From an uncultured Chloroflexota bacterium (GTDB lineage Bacteria > Chloroflexota > Dehalococcoidia > Lucifugimonadales > GCA-002694895): a stretch of 64,000 bases of DNA. The stretch is taken from the NCBI GenBank assembly GCA_913045935.1, contig CAJWSY010000004.1, positions 578-64,577 of the forward strand, given 5' to 3'. The notes under the pieces are model-generated. The model was not told the origin of the DNA, made no database searches, and was given only the letters and a program-made list of their open reading frames with translations. Made by a program: the position numbers and the translations under genes. Shown piece after piece: positions 51,972 to 61,907 of the stretch (positions are counted from its first letter, which is position 1; each line of letters opens with the position of its first letter).

Positions 51972-52616
51972 TTATTCGAATAAGTATATAATTTTTTCAT
52001 TTAGTGTACTTTTAGCTTTATTTATAGCCATGTTTGTTTCATGAGCCATCTTAGTATTATCAGTATTATTTATTCTATATTTGAATAACCAGTATGAAAA
52101 TTTTTTTAATTCATAAAAATTTAATTTATCTTTTTTAGATATTTTTTCTTCTGTATAAAACTTCGTAATCAGCGTACTTAATGATTTTCCATATATTTCT
52201 TTATAGAACTCATTTTCATAATTTGCATAAAACAAAGAGTTTTTTTCGTATTCCTGTAATTTGTAGTGATAAATGAAATTTTCGATTATAACTCCATAAT
52301 AATAGTTTCGCATTTGACTAAGTTTTAATTTTGGTAAAGAATGCTTCATATAGTGATAGGTTTCAATACTTGGAAGAAGTCCCGTATATGAACTGTAGTA
52401 GTAAGTTGATTTTGGTATTTGAGCTTTTATTGAAGAAACTAGTCTTTCTGTCAAAGTTAGCCAGTCCAAAGCTTCTTCATCAATTAAATAATTATATTTA
52501 TAGCCTCTGTAAAATTCTTCTTTTTCAGTCCATAAGGCGATAAAATCTACTATGCATTTTTCCCAATTTTTGCTTTTCCTTACTTTAGTTTGTAGATCTT
52601 TTATAATTGGCAACAT
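51972..52616 (-). CDS. hypothetical protein, Tyr/Lys/Glu-rich, no recognisable domain
   Basis: 214-aa ORF starting 4 nt after the secA stop on the same strand. No TM segment, signal peptide or motif that I recognise. Confidence 0.55.
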   Translation of the reverse strand: MLPIIKDLQTKVRKSKNWEKCIVDFIALWTEKEEFYRGYKYNYLIDEEALDWLTLTERLVSSIKAQIPKSTYYYSSYTGLLPSIETYHYMKHSLPKLKLSQMRNYYYGVIIENFIYHYKLQEYEKNSLFYANYENEFYKEIYGKSLSTLITKFYTEEKISKKDKLNFYELKKFSYWLFKYRINNTDNTKMAHETNMAINKAKSTLNEKIIYLFE

Positions 52617-52620
52617 AGTT

Positions 52621-55191
52621 TTAATTTAGCATTAGTTGTCCATCTGGGCATTTTTTCACTTTCAAACCACATCCACAAGGACATGGGTCGTTTCTTTTTA
52701 TTTTCCCATTTTTACTTTGGGTAACATTATCGATGATATTAGTCTTTTTGAGTTCTTTTTGATTGGTATTTTTATCATTAGAAGATTCAATATTAAGTAA
52801 ACTTTTTGTAATACTAATATTTATATTTTCAATTAATTCTTCGAAAAGCTTAAGACTTTCTTGTTTAAATGCCATCAAAGGGTCTTTTTGGGCATATGAT
52901 TGCAATCCTATACCTTGTCTTAGGTTTTCTATGCTAGTTAAATGATTAATCCAATAATAATCAATAATTTTTACGGACAGACTTGAAATAATACTTGTTT
53001 TATTTTCACCAAGTTTTGAACTTAGATTAAGGTATTGATCGTAGATGTTTTCTTTCAACTTAATTTCAACTTCATCTTTAGTTAAATTTTTGAATTTATC
53101 ATGTTGATCAAATTCAGAACTGAAGTAATTTTTAAACTCTGCAGAAATATGATTAGGTAAATTTTCTTTATTATCGAAATCTATAGATGAATCAATGAAC
53201 ATTTCTATGGATTTATTTAATATTTGATTTATATTCCCATCAATTTTTGTGTCAATCAAAAAATTATTTCGAAGATTGTAAATAATATCTCTTTGGGTAT
53301 TAGTTACATCATCAAATCTAACAAGATGTTTTCTTATATCGAAATTATAAGATTCTATTTTAACCTGAGCATTTTCTATTGTTTTTGTAATCATTTTATT
53401 TTCTATTGGAATGTCATCTTCTATCCCTGCCCATTCCATAAAACTTTTTAATCGTTCACCTCCAAATCTATTCATTAGTTCGTCTTCAAGAGATACAAAA
53501 AATCTTGTACTTCCGGGGTCCCCTTGTCGGCCTGATCTTCCTCTAAGCTGATTATCAATTCTTCTTGCTTCATGTCTTTCTGTTCCAATTACATGCAGTC
53601 CACCAAGTTTAACGATTTGCTCGTGATTTTCTTCCCAATTTGAGTCTGATTGTTGCTCCGATCCTCCTAAAATGATATCAGTCCCTCTTCCTGCCATATT
53701 AGTGGCTACTGTTACAGCTTTATATTTCCCAGCTTCTGCAATTATTGAAGCTTCTTTTTCATGATTTTTCGCATTTAGGATATTGTGTGGAATTTTATGT
53801 TTTTTTAACAATTTACTGATTGTTTCAGATTTATCAATATTGGTTGTTCCAATTAGTATTGGCCTTCCCTGATTATTTTTTTCTATTACATCATTAATTA
53901 CTGCTTTGTATTTTGCATGTTCTGATTTAAATACAAAATCAATCAAATCTAACCGGGTGCTTGGTTTATTTGTGGGAATTGTGATGACATCTATTCCGTA
54001 TATTTTCATTAATTCTTCAGATTCTGTAGCTGCTGTTCCGGTCATTCCTGATAATTTATTGTACATTCTAAAAAAGTTCTGAAGAGTAATAGTAGCTTGG
54101 GTAATATTTTCACTTTGAATTGGGACTTTTTCTTTTGCTTCTATAGCTTGGTGTAGTCCGTCTGAATATCTTCTTCCGGGCATTAATCTGCCTGTAAATT
54201 CATCAACAAGGATTACTTGTTTATCTTTTACAACGTAATCTTTATTTTTATAAAATATTACTTTAGCTTTTAATGCATTTTCTAAAAAATGTAATTCTTT
54301 AACATTTTCAGTATCATATAAATTGGATATCTGCATCGATGATTCAGCTTTGTTAATACCTTGATCAGTCAAATATACAGATTTACTTTTTTCATCAATT
54401 TCAAAATCTTTTTCAACAACTAAAGAGTTAGCTATTGAAGCGAATTTTAAGTAATTATTATTATTTTCTGATGAACTACCGCTGATTATAAGTGGTGTTC
54501 TAGCTTCATCTATGAGTATATTATCTACTTCGTCAACAATGGCAAAATCTAAGTTTGATTGTACCTTTTGGCTTTCATGATAAATCATATTATCTCGAAG
54601 GTAATCAAACCCGAATTCGCTGTTTGTACCATAAATTATGTCACATTTGTAGACTGATTGCCTTTCTGTTTTTATCGGAATAGCGTTGCCATCTGAATCA
54701 AAATCTAATTTATATGAATCATTGTTTTGTAAGTAACCAATTGTAAGTCCTAAAAAATTAAATATTTTCCCCATCCAACTTGCATCTCTTTTTGCCAAGT
54801 AGTCATTTACTGTTACCACATGAACTGTTTGATTATTTATAGCATTTAAATATGCAGGCAATGTTGCAACAAGAGTTTTTCCTTCACCTGTTCTCATTTC
54901 TGCAATATTTCCATTATTTAAAGCTAGACCACCAAGTATTTGGACATCAAAATGACGCATATTGAGAATTCTTTTTGAAGCTTCCCTGACTATGGAAAAA
55001 GATTTTATAATTACTTCATCGTCAATTACCTTAGTTTGATTTTTCATATCAATAGATAGGTTAATTAAATCTTTATCAGATAATTTAATTAACAAAGATT
55101 CTTTTTCGTTTATTTTTGAAAGTATTTGCTGGTTCTTGCTTATAAACTTAGAATTATTGTCAGGGAAGAGTTTTTTTATAAAATTTTTCAT
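52621..55191 (-). CDS. secA: preprotein translocase ATPase SecA
   Basis: MRTGEGKTLVATLPAYLNA, DEVDNILIDEARTPLIISG and TNMAGRGTDI blocks, plus C-terminal zinc motif CPCGCG...C. Confidence 0.98.
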   Translation of the reverse strand: MKNFIKKLFPDNNSKFISKNQQILSKINEKESLLIKLSDKDLINLSIDMKNQTKVIDDEVIIKSFSIVREASKRILNMRHFDVQILGGLALNNGNIAEMRTGEGKTLVATLPAYLNAINNQTVHVVTVNDYLAKRDASWMGKIFNFLGLTIGYLQNNDSYKLDFDSDGNAIPIKTERQSVYKCDIIYGTNSEFGFDYLRDNMIYHESQKVQSNLDFAIVDEVDNILIDEARTPLIISGSSSENNNNYLKFASIANSLVVEKDFEIDEKSKSVYLTDQGINKAESSMQISNLYDTENVKELHFLENALKAKVIFYKNKDYVVKDKQVILVDEFTGRLMPGRRYSDGLHQAIEAKEKVPIQSENITQATITLQNFFRMYNKLSGMTGTAATESEELMKIYGIDVITIPTNKPSTRLDLIDFVFKSEHAKYKAVINDVIEKNNQGRPILIGTTNIDKSETISKLLKKHKIPHNILNAKNHEKEASIIAEAGKYKAVTVATNMAGRGTDIILGGSEQQSDSNWEENHEQIVKLGGLHVIGTERHEARRIDNQLRGRSGRQGDPGSTRFFVSLEDELMNRFGGERLKSFMEWAGIEDDIPIENKMITKTIENAQVKIESYNFDIRKHLVRFDDVTNTQRDIIYNLRNNFLIDTKIDGNINQILNKSIEMFIDSSIDFDNKENLPNHISAEFKNYFSSEFDQHDKFKNLTKDEVEIKLKENIYDQYLNLSSKLGENKTSIISSLSVKIIDYYWINHLTSIENLRQGIGLQSYAQKDPLMAFKQESLKLFEELIENINISITKSLLNIESSNDKNTNQKELKKTNIIDNVTQSKNGKIKRNDPCPCGCGLKVKKCPDGQLMLN

Positions 55192-56162
55192 TTGGTATTC
55201 TTTTTATTATTAAACAATTCTCCAACAGATGAACCCTCATGTATTCTTCTAATAGCTTCTCCAAATAGTTTAGCAACAGATACTTCTTCGTATTTATTAT
55301 AGTTGGTGTAATCTTGTGGAATTGAGTCAGTTACATAATAATTTTTTACATCTATGTCAGATAATTTTTTAATTGCGTTATTAGAAAAAATACCATGAGT
55401 AGAGGCGCAGTAGATATTTTTTGCAAAATTTGCTTTTAATACATTTACAGAAGAAACTATCGTGCCTCCTGTGCCAATTTCATCGTCCACAATGAATGCG
55501 TCCCTTCCTGCAACGTCGCCAATAAGGTTATGAGACATTACTTTTTCTGAATTATCGTTTCTTGCTTTGTCTATAATTGCAATTGGTGTTTTTAATATTG
55601 TTGCAATTTCCCTGGCTATTTTAGCTCCTCCGAGATCTGTTGCAACCACTACATAATCTTTATCTTTTTTCATTATAGTTTTAAGCTTTTCTGCTAATAT
55701 AGAACTTGCGGTTAATTCATCCACAGGGATATTGAAAAAACCTTGTATTTGGCCTGCATGCAAGTCTAAAGTTAATATTCTGTCAGCACCTGATACAGTT
55801 AGTAAATCTGCTACTAATCTTGCAGTTATAGGAACTCTTGGTTGGTCTTTCTTGTCAGTTCTGCCATAAGGAAAATAAGGGATAACAGCAGAAATTCTTC
55901 CTGCGGATGCTCTTTTTGCAGCATCGATAAATATAAGTAACTCCATTAAATTGTCATTAACGGGTGATGAAGCAGGTTGTATTATAAAAACATCTTTTTC
56001 TCGAATATTTTCAAGTATTCTAACAAAAGTATTATCATTACTAAATTTAAACAATTCAGCTTTTCCTAGTTCAATTCCTAAGTAATTGCAAATTTTATTT
56101 CCAAAGTCAGGATGTGCTGTGCCAGCAAAGATTTTCAATTCACCATAAATGTTTTTTTCCAT
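55188..56162 (-). CDS. prs: ribose-phosphate diphosphokinase
   Basis: KIFAGTAHP N-terminus, YFPYGRTDKKD and VDDEIGTGGT PRPP-binding loop. 4-nt overlap with secA. Confidence 0.95.
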   Translation of the reverse strand: MEKNIYGELKIFAGTAHPDFGNKICNYLGIELGKAELFKFSNDNTFVRILENIREKDVFIIQPASSPVNDNLMELLIFIDAAKRASAGRISAVIPYFPYGRTDKKDQPRVPITARLVADLLTVSGADRILTLDLHAGQIQGFFNIPVDELTASSILAEKLKTIMKKDKDYVVVATDLGGAKIAREIATILKTPIAIIDKARNDNSEKVMSHNLIGDVAGRDAFIVDDEIGTGGTIVSSVNVLKANFAKNIYCASTHGIFSNNAIKKLSDIDVKNYYVTDSIPQDYTNYNKYEEVSVAKLFGEAIRRIHEGSSVGELFNNKKNTK

Positions 56163-56300
56163 TAATTTAATTCTATATCTTGATATATTAAAAAGGTAAA
56201 TAAATTATAACATTTTATTTGAGAAGGTTATCTTCAAATTTGTTAGAATAAATTTACATATTTAATTTTTAATATATCAATTTATTAATGAGAGTAAGTT

Positions 56301-57611
56301 ATGCAAGTTATAGATAAAGTTTTTCCAATTACAACAAATATAAACTCAAAAGGGAAACTTGAAATTGGAGGATGCGATATTGAGTCTTTGGCAAAAAAAT
56401 ATCAAACTCCATTTTACCTTTTTGATACCGCACATATTGAAAAAGTTTGTGATGAATACAAATATGAATTTAATAAAATTTACGACAACACTCAAGTTGT
56501 GTATGGTTCTAAGGCTTTTGCTAACAAGTCAATATTTAAATTAATTTTGGATAAAGGATTGGGAGTTGATGTGGTTTCAGGAGGAGAGTTAGCATTAGCT
56601 GTTCAATGTGGAATTGATCCTGACAATATTTATTTTCATGGTAATAACAAAACTCCAGTTGAATTAGAATTAGCACAAGAAGCTGGACTTACAAAAATAG
56701 TTGTAGATGGATTCTATGAATTAGAACTTTTAAATTCATTGTCGAAGAAAAAAAATATTGTTCAAGATATTATTATTAGGCTCTCTCCTGCTATTGAACT
56801 AGATGAAAGGACCCATGAGTATACAACTACAGGGATTTTAGATAGTAAATTTGGATTTGCAATAGATAATGGAGACGCGGAACGCGCTATAAACATGATA
56901 TCTGAATATGAAAATTTAAATTTAATTGGAATTCATTTTCATTTAGGCTCCCCTCTTTTTAGTACTAAGCCATATGAATTAGGTATCAGGAAAGTGGCAG
57001 AATTTATTTCTCATTTTGATAATTTTGAGCTACAAGAATTTAGCCCTGGAGGGGGGTTTGCGGTTTCTTATACAAGAGATGATTCTCCTCCGGATGTAAG
57101 TGATTACGCTTCTGTTATATGCAATACAATGAATGAAGTTATATCTGAATATAATTTACCTAAACCAAAGTTGGTTATTGAGCCTGGTAGAGCAATAGCA
57201 GGTCCTGCTGGAATTGCAGTATATACTGTGGGTGCAATAAAAAATATTGAAAATGTTAGGAAATTTATTTCAGTTGACGGAGGCATGGGTGATAATATAA
57301 GGCCTGCTTTGTACGGGTCAAAATACGAAGCGGTTGTTGTTAACAGATTATGGGATGAAAGACCTAAAGAATTAGTAACAATTGTAGGAAAATATTGCGA
57401 GTCTGGAGATATTCTCGTGAAAGATATTGAGCTACCAGAGATCAAATCAGGCGATCTTATAGCTATCCCAGTTAGTGGGGCATATTCAACTTCAATGGCT
57501 AGTAATTATAATATGAATCCTAGGCCGGAAATTATTGCTGTCAAAGATGGATTGGATATGGTCATAAGAAAAAAAGAAACGTTTGCAGATTTATTTAAAA
57601 TGGATGTTTAA
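56301..57611 (+). CDS. lysA: diaminopimelate decarboxylase
   Basis: TPFYLFD, YGSKAF (PLP Lys), HFHLGS, EPGRAIAGPAG and CESGD blocks. Confidence 0.9.
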   Translation: MQVIDKVFPITTNINSKGKLEIGGCDIESLAKKYQTPFYLFDTAHIEKVCDEYKYEFNKIYDNTQVVYGSKAFANKSIFKLILDKGLGVDVVSGGELALAVQCGIDPDNIYFHGNNKTPVELELAQEAGLTKIVVDGFYELELLNSLSKKKNIVQDIIIRLSPAIELDERTHEYTTTGILDSKFGFAIDNGDAERAINMISEYENLNLIGIHFHLGSPLFSTKPYELGIRKVAEFISHFDNFELQEFSPGGGFAVSYTRDDSPPDVSDYASVICNTMNEVISEYNLPKPKLVIEPGRAIAGPAGIAVYTVGAIKNIENVRKFISVDGGMGDNIRPALYGSKYEAVVVNRLWDERPKELVTIVGKYCESGDILVKDIELPEIKSGDLIAIPVSGAYSTSMASNYNMNPRPEIIAVKDGLDMVIRKKETFADLFKMDV

Positions 57612-57613
57612 AT

Positions 57614-58606
57614 TTGAATATTTTATCTTTTCAATTATTTAACGAAGGGGCAAAAATTATTTTAGATGACATATTGTTAAGCATACAATATAAATCTATT
57701 CCTAAACCTGTTTTGATTGCTGGCGTTAACAATGAAAGTATTAATGCAGTTGTAAAAACAACCGCAAAAAATTTATTGTGTAATAAACAAATTTGCGATT
57801 ATTTAAGCAAATGCAATGTATGTTCTCAGATAGAAAGTGAAAGCTATCCAGATTTCTATATCATTGATAATGACCTTGGAAACAATATAAAATCTGAAGA
57901 GATACAAGAAAGTATCATTGCTAAATCTTATACAACTTCCACTAATAATAATGGCAAAGTTTTTGCCATTTTAAATGCGCATACAATGACATCACAAGCA
58001 ATGAATAATTTATTGAAATTATTTGAAGAACCGTTTTCGGGCAATGTTTACATCTTGGGAACTAATAATATAAATAGAATACCTAAAACTATTCTTTCTA
58101 GATGTGAAATTTTTACAATCCCAAGTTTATCGTATGAAAATTTTATTGATATATGTACTAAAAAATTTAAGATTGATGATTTGAATTTTGTAAATGAAAT
58201 TTGGTTTTTCACAAGAGGAGAAATATTGCTTTCTGAATCCATGTTAAATGATCCTGATAAATTTGAAGAGTACAAAAGTGAAATCAAAAATTTTTTCAAT
58301 TTCATTTCTTGTCCAATTTATAAAAAAATAGAACTATCTGATTATTATTTGGATGTTTTTAAAAATGATTTTTCTAAATTTTTATATGTTTCAGAAATTA
58401 CAAAATATATTATCAGAGATTTGATTTTATACAGAAACACAAACCATTCAGATAACAACCTATTAACTTTTTATGCTAAAACTTTAGCAGATAAAGATGA
58501 TTCTAAATGTCTTGATATAATTAAAACTTTAGATGAAGTGTCTAATTATTATTATAAAAATGTTAATAGAACTTTAGTTATAGACAATTTAATTTATTCA
58601 TTATAG
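57614..58606 (+). CDS. holB: DNA polymerase III subunit delta' (clamp-loader AAA+-like)
   Basis: Cys-rich module C.....C....C..C, SQAMNNLLKLFEEP and TILSRCEIF (sensor 1 region). TTG start 2 nt after the lysA stop. Confidence 0.7.
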   Translation: MNILSFQLFNEGAKIILDDILLSIQYKSIPKPVLIAGVNNESINAVVKTTAKNLLCNKQICDYLSKCNVCSQIESESYPDFYIIDNDLGNNIKSEEIQESIIAKSYTTSTNNNGKVFAILNAHTMTSQAMNNLLKLFEEPFSGNVYILGTNNINRIPKTILSRCEIFTIPSLSYENFIDICTKKFKIDDLNFVNEIWFFTRGEILLSESMLNDPDKFEEYKSEIKNFFNFISCPIYKKIELSDYYLDVFKNDFSKFLYVSEITKYIIRDLILYRNTNHSDNNLLTFYAKTLADKDDSKCLDIIKTLDEVSNYYYKNVNRTLVIDNLIYSL

Positions 58607-58617
58607 GAGAGCGCATT

Positions 58618-59814
58618 ATTAAATCTGAATTCATTATCATTGGAGCAGGGTTAGCTGGTTTGAATTTAGCCAGGCGTTTTTCTTTAAATAATATTGATTT
58701 TAAGTTGATTGAAAAAAATGATCATTTTGGAGGAAAGATATATTCCGAGATATGTGATGATTTTATCTTAGATTATGGATTTCAAATATATTTAGATAAT
58801 TATAAATTTAGTAAACAAGTTTTAGATTTGAATAATTTAAATTTAAAAAAATTTTATTCTGGAGGGATTCTAATTCATGACAATAATTTGAAATTATATT
58901 CTAATCCATTATTTGATTTGTTTGCTAAAAACAATAATATTTGGCAAGAAATAATCCCTCTTACTGCTGTTTTTTTTAATTCAATTTTTGATAATAAATA
59001 TGAAAAATCCACAAAAAATTGGATAGATAACGACTTTAAAACATCGCATTCATTCAAACTCTTTGCAAAATCATTTTTAAGAGGAGTTTTACTTGATGAA
59101 GATTTGAAAATTGATAAATCAATTGCATTATATTATTTGAAATTATTTTCATTAGGCCATGCAACAATTCCTGAATACGGAATGCATGAAATTCCCAAAC
59201 AAATATATGCAAAAATAGATAATAAAAATAAAGTAATTTTTAACGAAGAAGTTAAATTAATTGAAAATAATAAAATATTAACAAATGAAGGAAACGAATA
59301 TGTAGCTAATAATATTATTATTGCTACAGATTTAAAATCGATTAATAATATTTTCAAATTAGGGATTGAAGATGTAGAGAGAGAGGTTACAAATTTATAT
59401 TTCAAAACTGACGAGAAATTTTTAGATTTTCCTGGCATTTATCTAAACGGCAATCAAAATGACATCATTAATCATTTTTGTATGCCAAATTTAATAAGCG
59501 AAAAATATAGTCCCGTAGATCAGAATTTACTTTCAGTAAGCTTGTTTAATTCAAAATTAAATCAAAATGAAATAATTCAGCAAGTAAAAAGAGAATTGAA
59601 AGGAGTTTTTGGTTCAGTTACCGACAGCTTAGAATTGATAAAAATTGATAGTTATTTTAATGATTGTTTTATGCCCCAAGGTATAGATGTTAAAAAGATG
59701 ATTAATAATAACAATTCCAATATATATTTTTGTGGGGGATATATATCAAACAGCTCTATAGAATCTGCTATTAAATCATCAGAAAACCTAGCAGATTACT
59801 TAATTAGGAATTGA
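58618..59814 (+). CDS. FAD/NAD(P)-binding oxidoreductase (amine oxidase / phytoene desaturase-like fold). 5' end set at a non-canonical ATT codon.
   Basis: The dinucleotide-binding motif IIIGAGLAGL is encoded at 58633-58662, upstream of the only canonical start (TTG 58660). AGGAG at 58605-58609. C-terminal FCGGY...SIE.A..S block is typical of the family. 5' boundary uncertain. Confidence 0.65.
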   Translation: MKSEFIIIGAGLAGLNLARRFSLNNIDFKLIEKNDHFGGKIYSEICDDFILDYGFQIYLDNYKFSKQVLDLNNLNLKKFYSGGILIHDNNLKLYSNPLFDLFAKNNNIWQEIIPLTAVFFNSIFDNKYEKSTKNWIDNDFKTSHSFKLFAKSFLRGVLLDEDLKIDKSIALYYLKLFSLGHATIPEYGMHEIPKQIYAKIDNKNKVIFNEEVKLIENNKILTNEGNEYVANNIIIATDLKSINNIFKLGIEDVEREVTNLYFKTDEKFLDFPGIYLNGNQNDIINHFCMPNLISEKYSPVDQNLLSVSLFNSKLNQNEIIQQVKRELKGVFGSVTDSLELIKIDSYFNDCFMPQGIDVKKMINNNNSNIYFCGGYISNSSIESAIKSSENLADYLIRN

Positions 59815-60341
59815 TTCCAAGAGTTTTGGAATTTATTTGAATATTTTAGTATATGAGTATTAAGGTTTGGGATGTGAGGTTTAATTTTTAGATTCATATT
59901 TGCTTCTTTTGGTGTACGGCCTGCTTTTTTATGATTACAGTCCATACATGCAGTAACTAAGTTATCCCAAGAGTGAGAGCCATTTTTAGATTTGGGGATT
60001 ACATGATCTAATGTTAGAGATTTTTGATCATTGCCACAATACTGGCAACTAAAATTATCTCTTGCAAAAATTCCAAATCTCGAAATTTTTTTTTCATATG
60101 GGCGTTTTATGTATTTTAATGTTTTAATTACTGAAGGTATTTTGTAAGAACTATTTACAGTGTGAATAAGTTTGTCTGATATGATTACTGTTTCAGCTTT
60201 TTTTGAAAAAAGTAAAACTATTGCTCTCTTAGCTATGCATATACCTAGAGGCGTATAATCAATATTAAGAATTAAAACAGGACTGTATACATTAGATTTT
60301 TGTATTTTGAGATCATCATTTATTATATTTGTCATCGTCAA
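59796..60341 (-). CDS. HNH endonuclease (McrA/COG1403-like)
   Basis: CQYCG....LTLDHVIPKSKNG...WDNLVTACMDCNHKKAGRTP is a canonical HNH/zinc motif. Confidence 0.85.
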   Translation of the reverse strand: MTMTNIINDDLKIQKSNVYSPVLILNIDYTPLGICIAKRAIVLLFSKKAETVIISDKLIHTVNSSYKIPSVIKTLKYIKRPYEKKISRFGIFARDNFSCQYCGNDQKSLTLDHVIPKSKNGSHSWDNLVTACMDCNHKKAGRTPKEANMNLKIKPHIPNLNTHILKYSNKFQNSWNQFLIK

Positions 60342-60943
60342 TCTATTACATTGTTGTAAAGTATTTCGAATGAATTTGAAAAATCATGAGGTATAATTGG
60401 TAAGTTATGAAGATTTAAGGATTTTATTGTGTGAATTGAAAATTTAGATATATCTGAATTTTTAATTTGTTCTTCAACACTTTTGATTTTATCTTTTACC
60501 AGTGGAGTTGTTGATGCAAATTCTGTTATTTTATTCTTTTCAGTAATTTCAAAGTGGTAAGTTATTCTAGACAATGATAACAATATCATGCTGATGATGA
60601 AAAATGATAGGATGAAACCTATTACTAACCCTCCAAGTCTATCAATAATTGATGATAATCCGAATGTAAATATAGATAAAAGTGATTTAACTGGTTTGGC
60701 TAGTAGGTTTGAAATTATAATTGTAATAGATATTAAAACAAAGTAGATTATTCCTGAAATTATATTTTGATTTAAAGAAATTTCGGGGAAAAACTTTGAA
60801 AGAGAAGGTTCGAAAATTCCTGCTAAGATCCATCCAGAAATACATGCTAAAAAAAAGAGAGTAATTTTAATTAAACCTTTTTTGAACCCAATAAAAGAAA
60901 AAAATATTAATACTATGCTTAATATTATATCTAGTATATTCAT
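60338..60943 (-). CDS. CvpA family membrane protein
   Basis: N-terminal ILDIILSIVLIFFSFIGFKKGLI and four hydrophobic helices, as in CvpA (colicin V production protein family). Confidence 0.7.
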   Translation of the reverse strand: MNILDIILSIVLIFFSFIGFKKGLIKITLFFLACISGWILAGIFEPSLSKFFPEISLNQNIISGIIYFVLISITIIISNLLAKPVKSLLSIFTFGLSSIIDRLGGLVIGFILSFFIISMILLSLSRITYHFEITEKNKITEFASTTPLVKDKIKSVEEQIKNSDISKFSIHTIKSLNLHNLPIIPHDFSNSFEILYNNVID

Positions 60944-61890
60944 TTTTTTTCTTTTGGTTCTTGTTTTGGCATAGGATTAGTTAGTTCTTTTGCAAGTGAA
61001 ATAGGTAAAATACTTGATAATTCTTGAACAGACCAGTTACCCACTTTATTTATTGAGTGAGTAACATGTCTTGGAGAATATAATGACATATTCCAGCCAA
61101 AAGTACCAAATACTTGCCCAGTGATTTCGCCTGCAGGTTCTGTGCACAAATAAACCATTTTTGGAGCATTGTTTTCCGGGTCACTTGCTTCAGGTGGTTC
61201 TTCATTTGATGGCATTTCTTGTACATCGGTACCTTTCTTTTTTGAGTCCATGGCTTTTCTTAAATCTCTAGTTGTTTGCGGTATTGAAGCTGTCATTCTA
61301 GTTGCTCCGCCTGGGTAAACAGAATTTACGTTTATACCGTATTCTAACAGTTCACTAGCCAGTGATCTTGAAAATCCCACAATTCCTTCCTTTGCAGCAG
61401 CATAGTTTGCTTGGCCTGATGATCCCAGGCCTGAAGATGATGCGCATAATACAATTCGTCCATATCTATTAAGCACCATTTGTTCCACTGAATGTTTAAC
61501 CATATTAAATGTGCCTTTTAAATGAACTTGTATTACTGAGTCCCATTCTTCTTCTGTCATGTTAAATATCATCCTGTCTCTGAGAATTCCTGCACAGTTT
61601 ACTAAAATATCTAGTCTTCCATAATTATCGAGAGCACAATCGATAATTTGTTTTGAAGAATTGTACTCAGAAACCGAATCCGAATTTGAAACAGCTTCTC
61701 CCCCTTTTTCTTTGATTTGCTCTACTACTTCTTCTGCGGGTTGTTTTGATAATCCTGATCCGTCTAAATTTGAGCCCAAATCATTAACAATAACTTTTGC
61801 TCCTTCTTCAGCCATTAACTCTGCAACAGCTTTTCCGATTCCTCTTCCAGCTCCTGTTACTATAGCTACTCTATCTTCTAATCTTCTCAT
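60940..61890 (-). CDS. SDR family oxidoreductase (MFE-2-type hydroxyacyl-CoA dehydrogenase-like)
   Basis: TGAGRGIGKA cofactor motif, NCAGI, catalytic YAAAKEG. VNDLG...DG.G spacing as in MFE-2 dehydrogenase domains. Confidence 0.85.
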   Translation of the reverse strand: MRRLEDRVAIVTGAGRGIGKAVAELMAEEGAKVIVNDLGSNLDGSGLSKQPAEEVVEQIKEKGGEAVSNSDSVSEYNSSKQIIDCALDNYGRLDILVNCAGILRDRMIFNMTEEEWDSVIQVHLKGTFNMVKHSVEQMVLNRYGRIVLCASSSGLGSSGQANYAAAKEGIVGFSRSLASELLEYGINVNSVYPGGATRMTASIPQTTRDLRKAMDSKKKGTDVQEMPSNEEPPEASDPENNAPKMVYLCTEPAGEITGQVFGTFGWNMSLYSPRHVTHSINKVGNWSVQELSSILPISLAKELTNPMPKQEPKEKK

Positions 61891-61907
61891 TATATGCTCC
61901 TTATTTT

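Noticed and set aside
51803-52000. 65-aa minus-strand ORF between the orphan 214-aa gene and the collagen-like genes
   Set aside because: It overlaps the 3' end of the 214-aa ORF, is extremely AT-rich, and has no SD or recognisable features. It is more likely promoter or spacer DNA for the collagen-like gene.
56163-56300. Lysine riboswitch (L-box) upstream of lysA
   Set aside because: The spacer is only 138 nt, is shared with the divergent prs promoter, and is almost pure A/T without the conserved GC-containing helices of the L-box. A covariance-model scan would be the definitive test.
59796-60341. HNH endonuclease considered as a homing or mobile element or a restriction-system component
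   Set aside because: It has no flanking repeats and no partner methyltransferase or intein/intron context. It is translationally packed (4-nt overlap) with CvpA in a housekeeping-looking array. This size class of HNH protein is widely conserved as a stand-alone gene.
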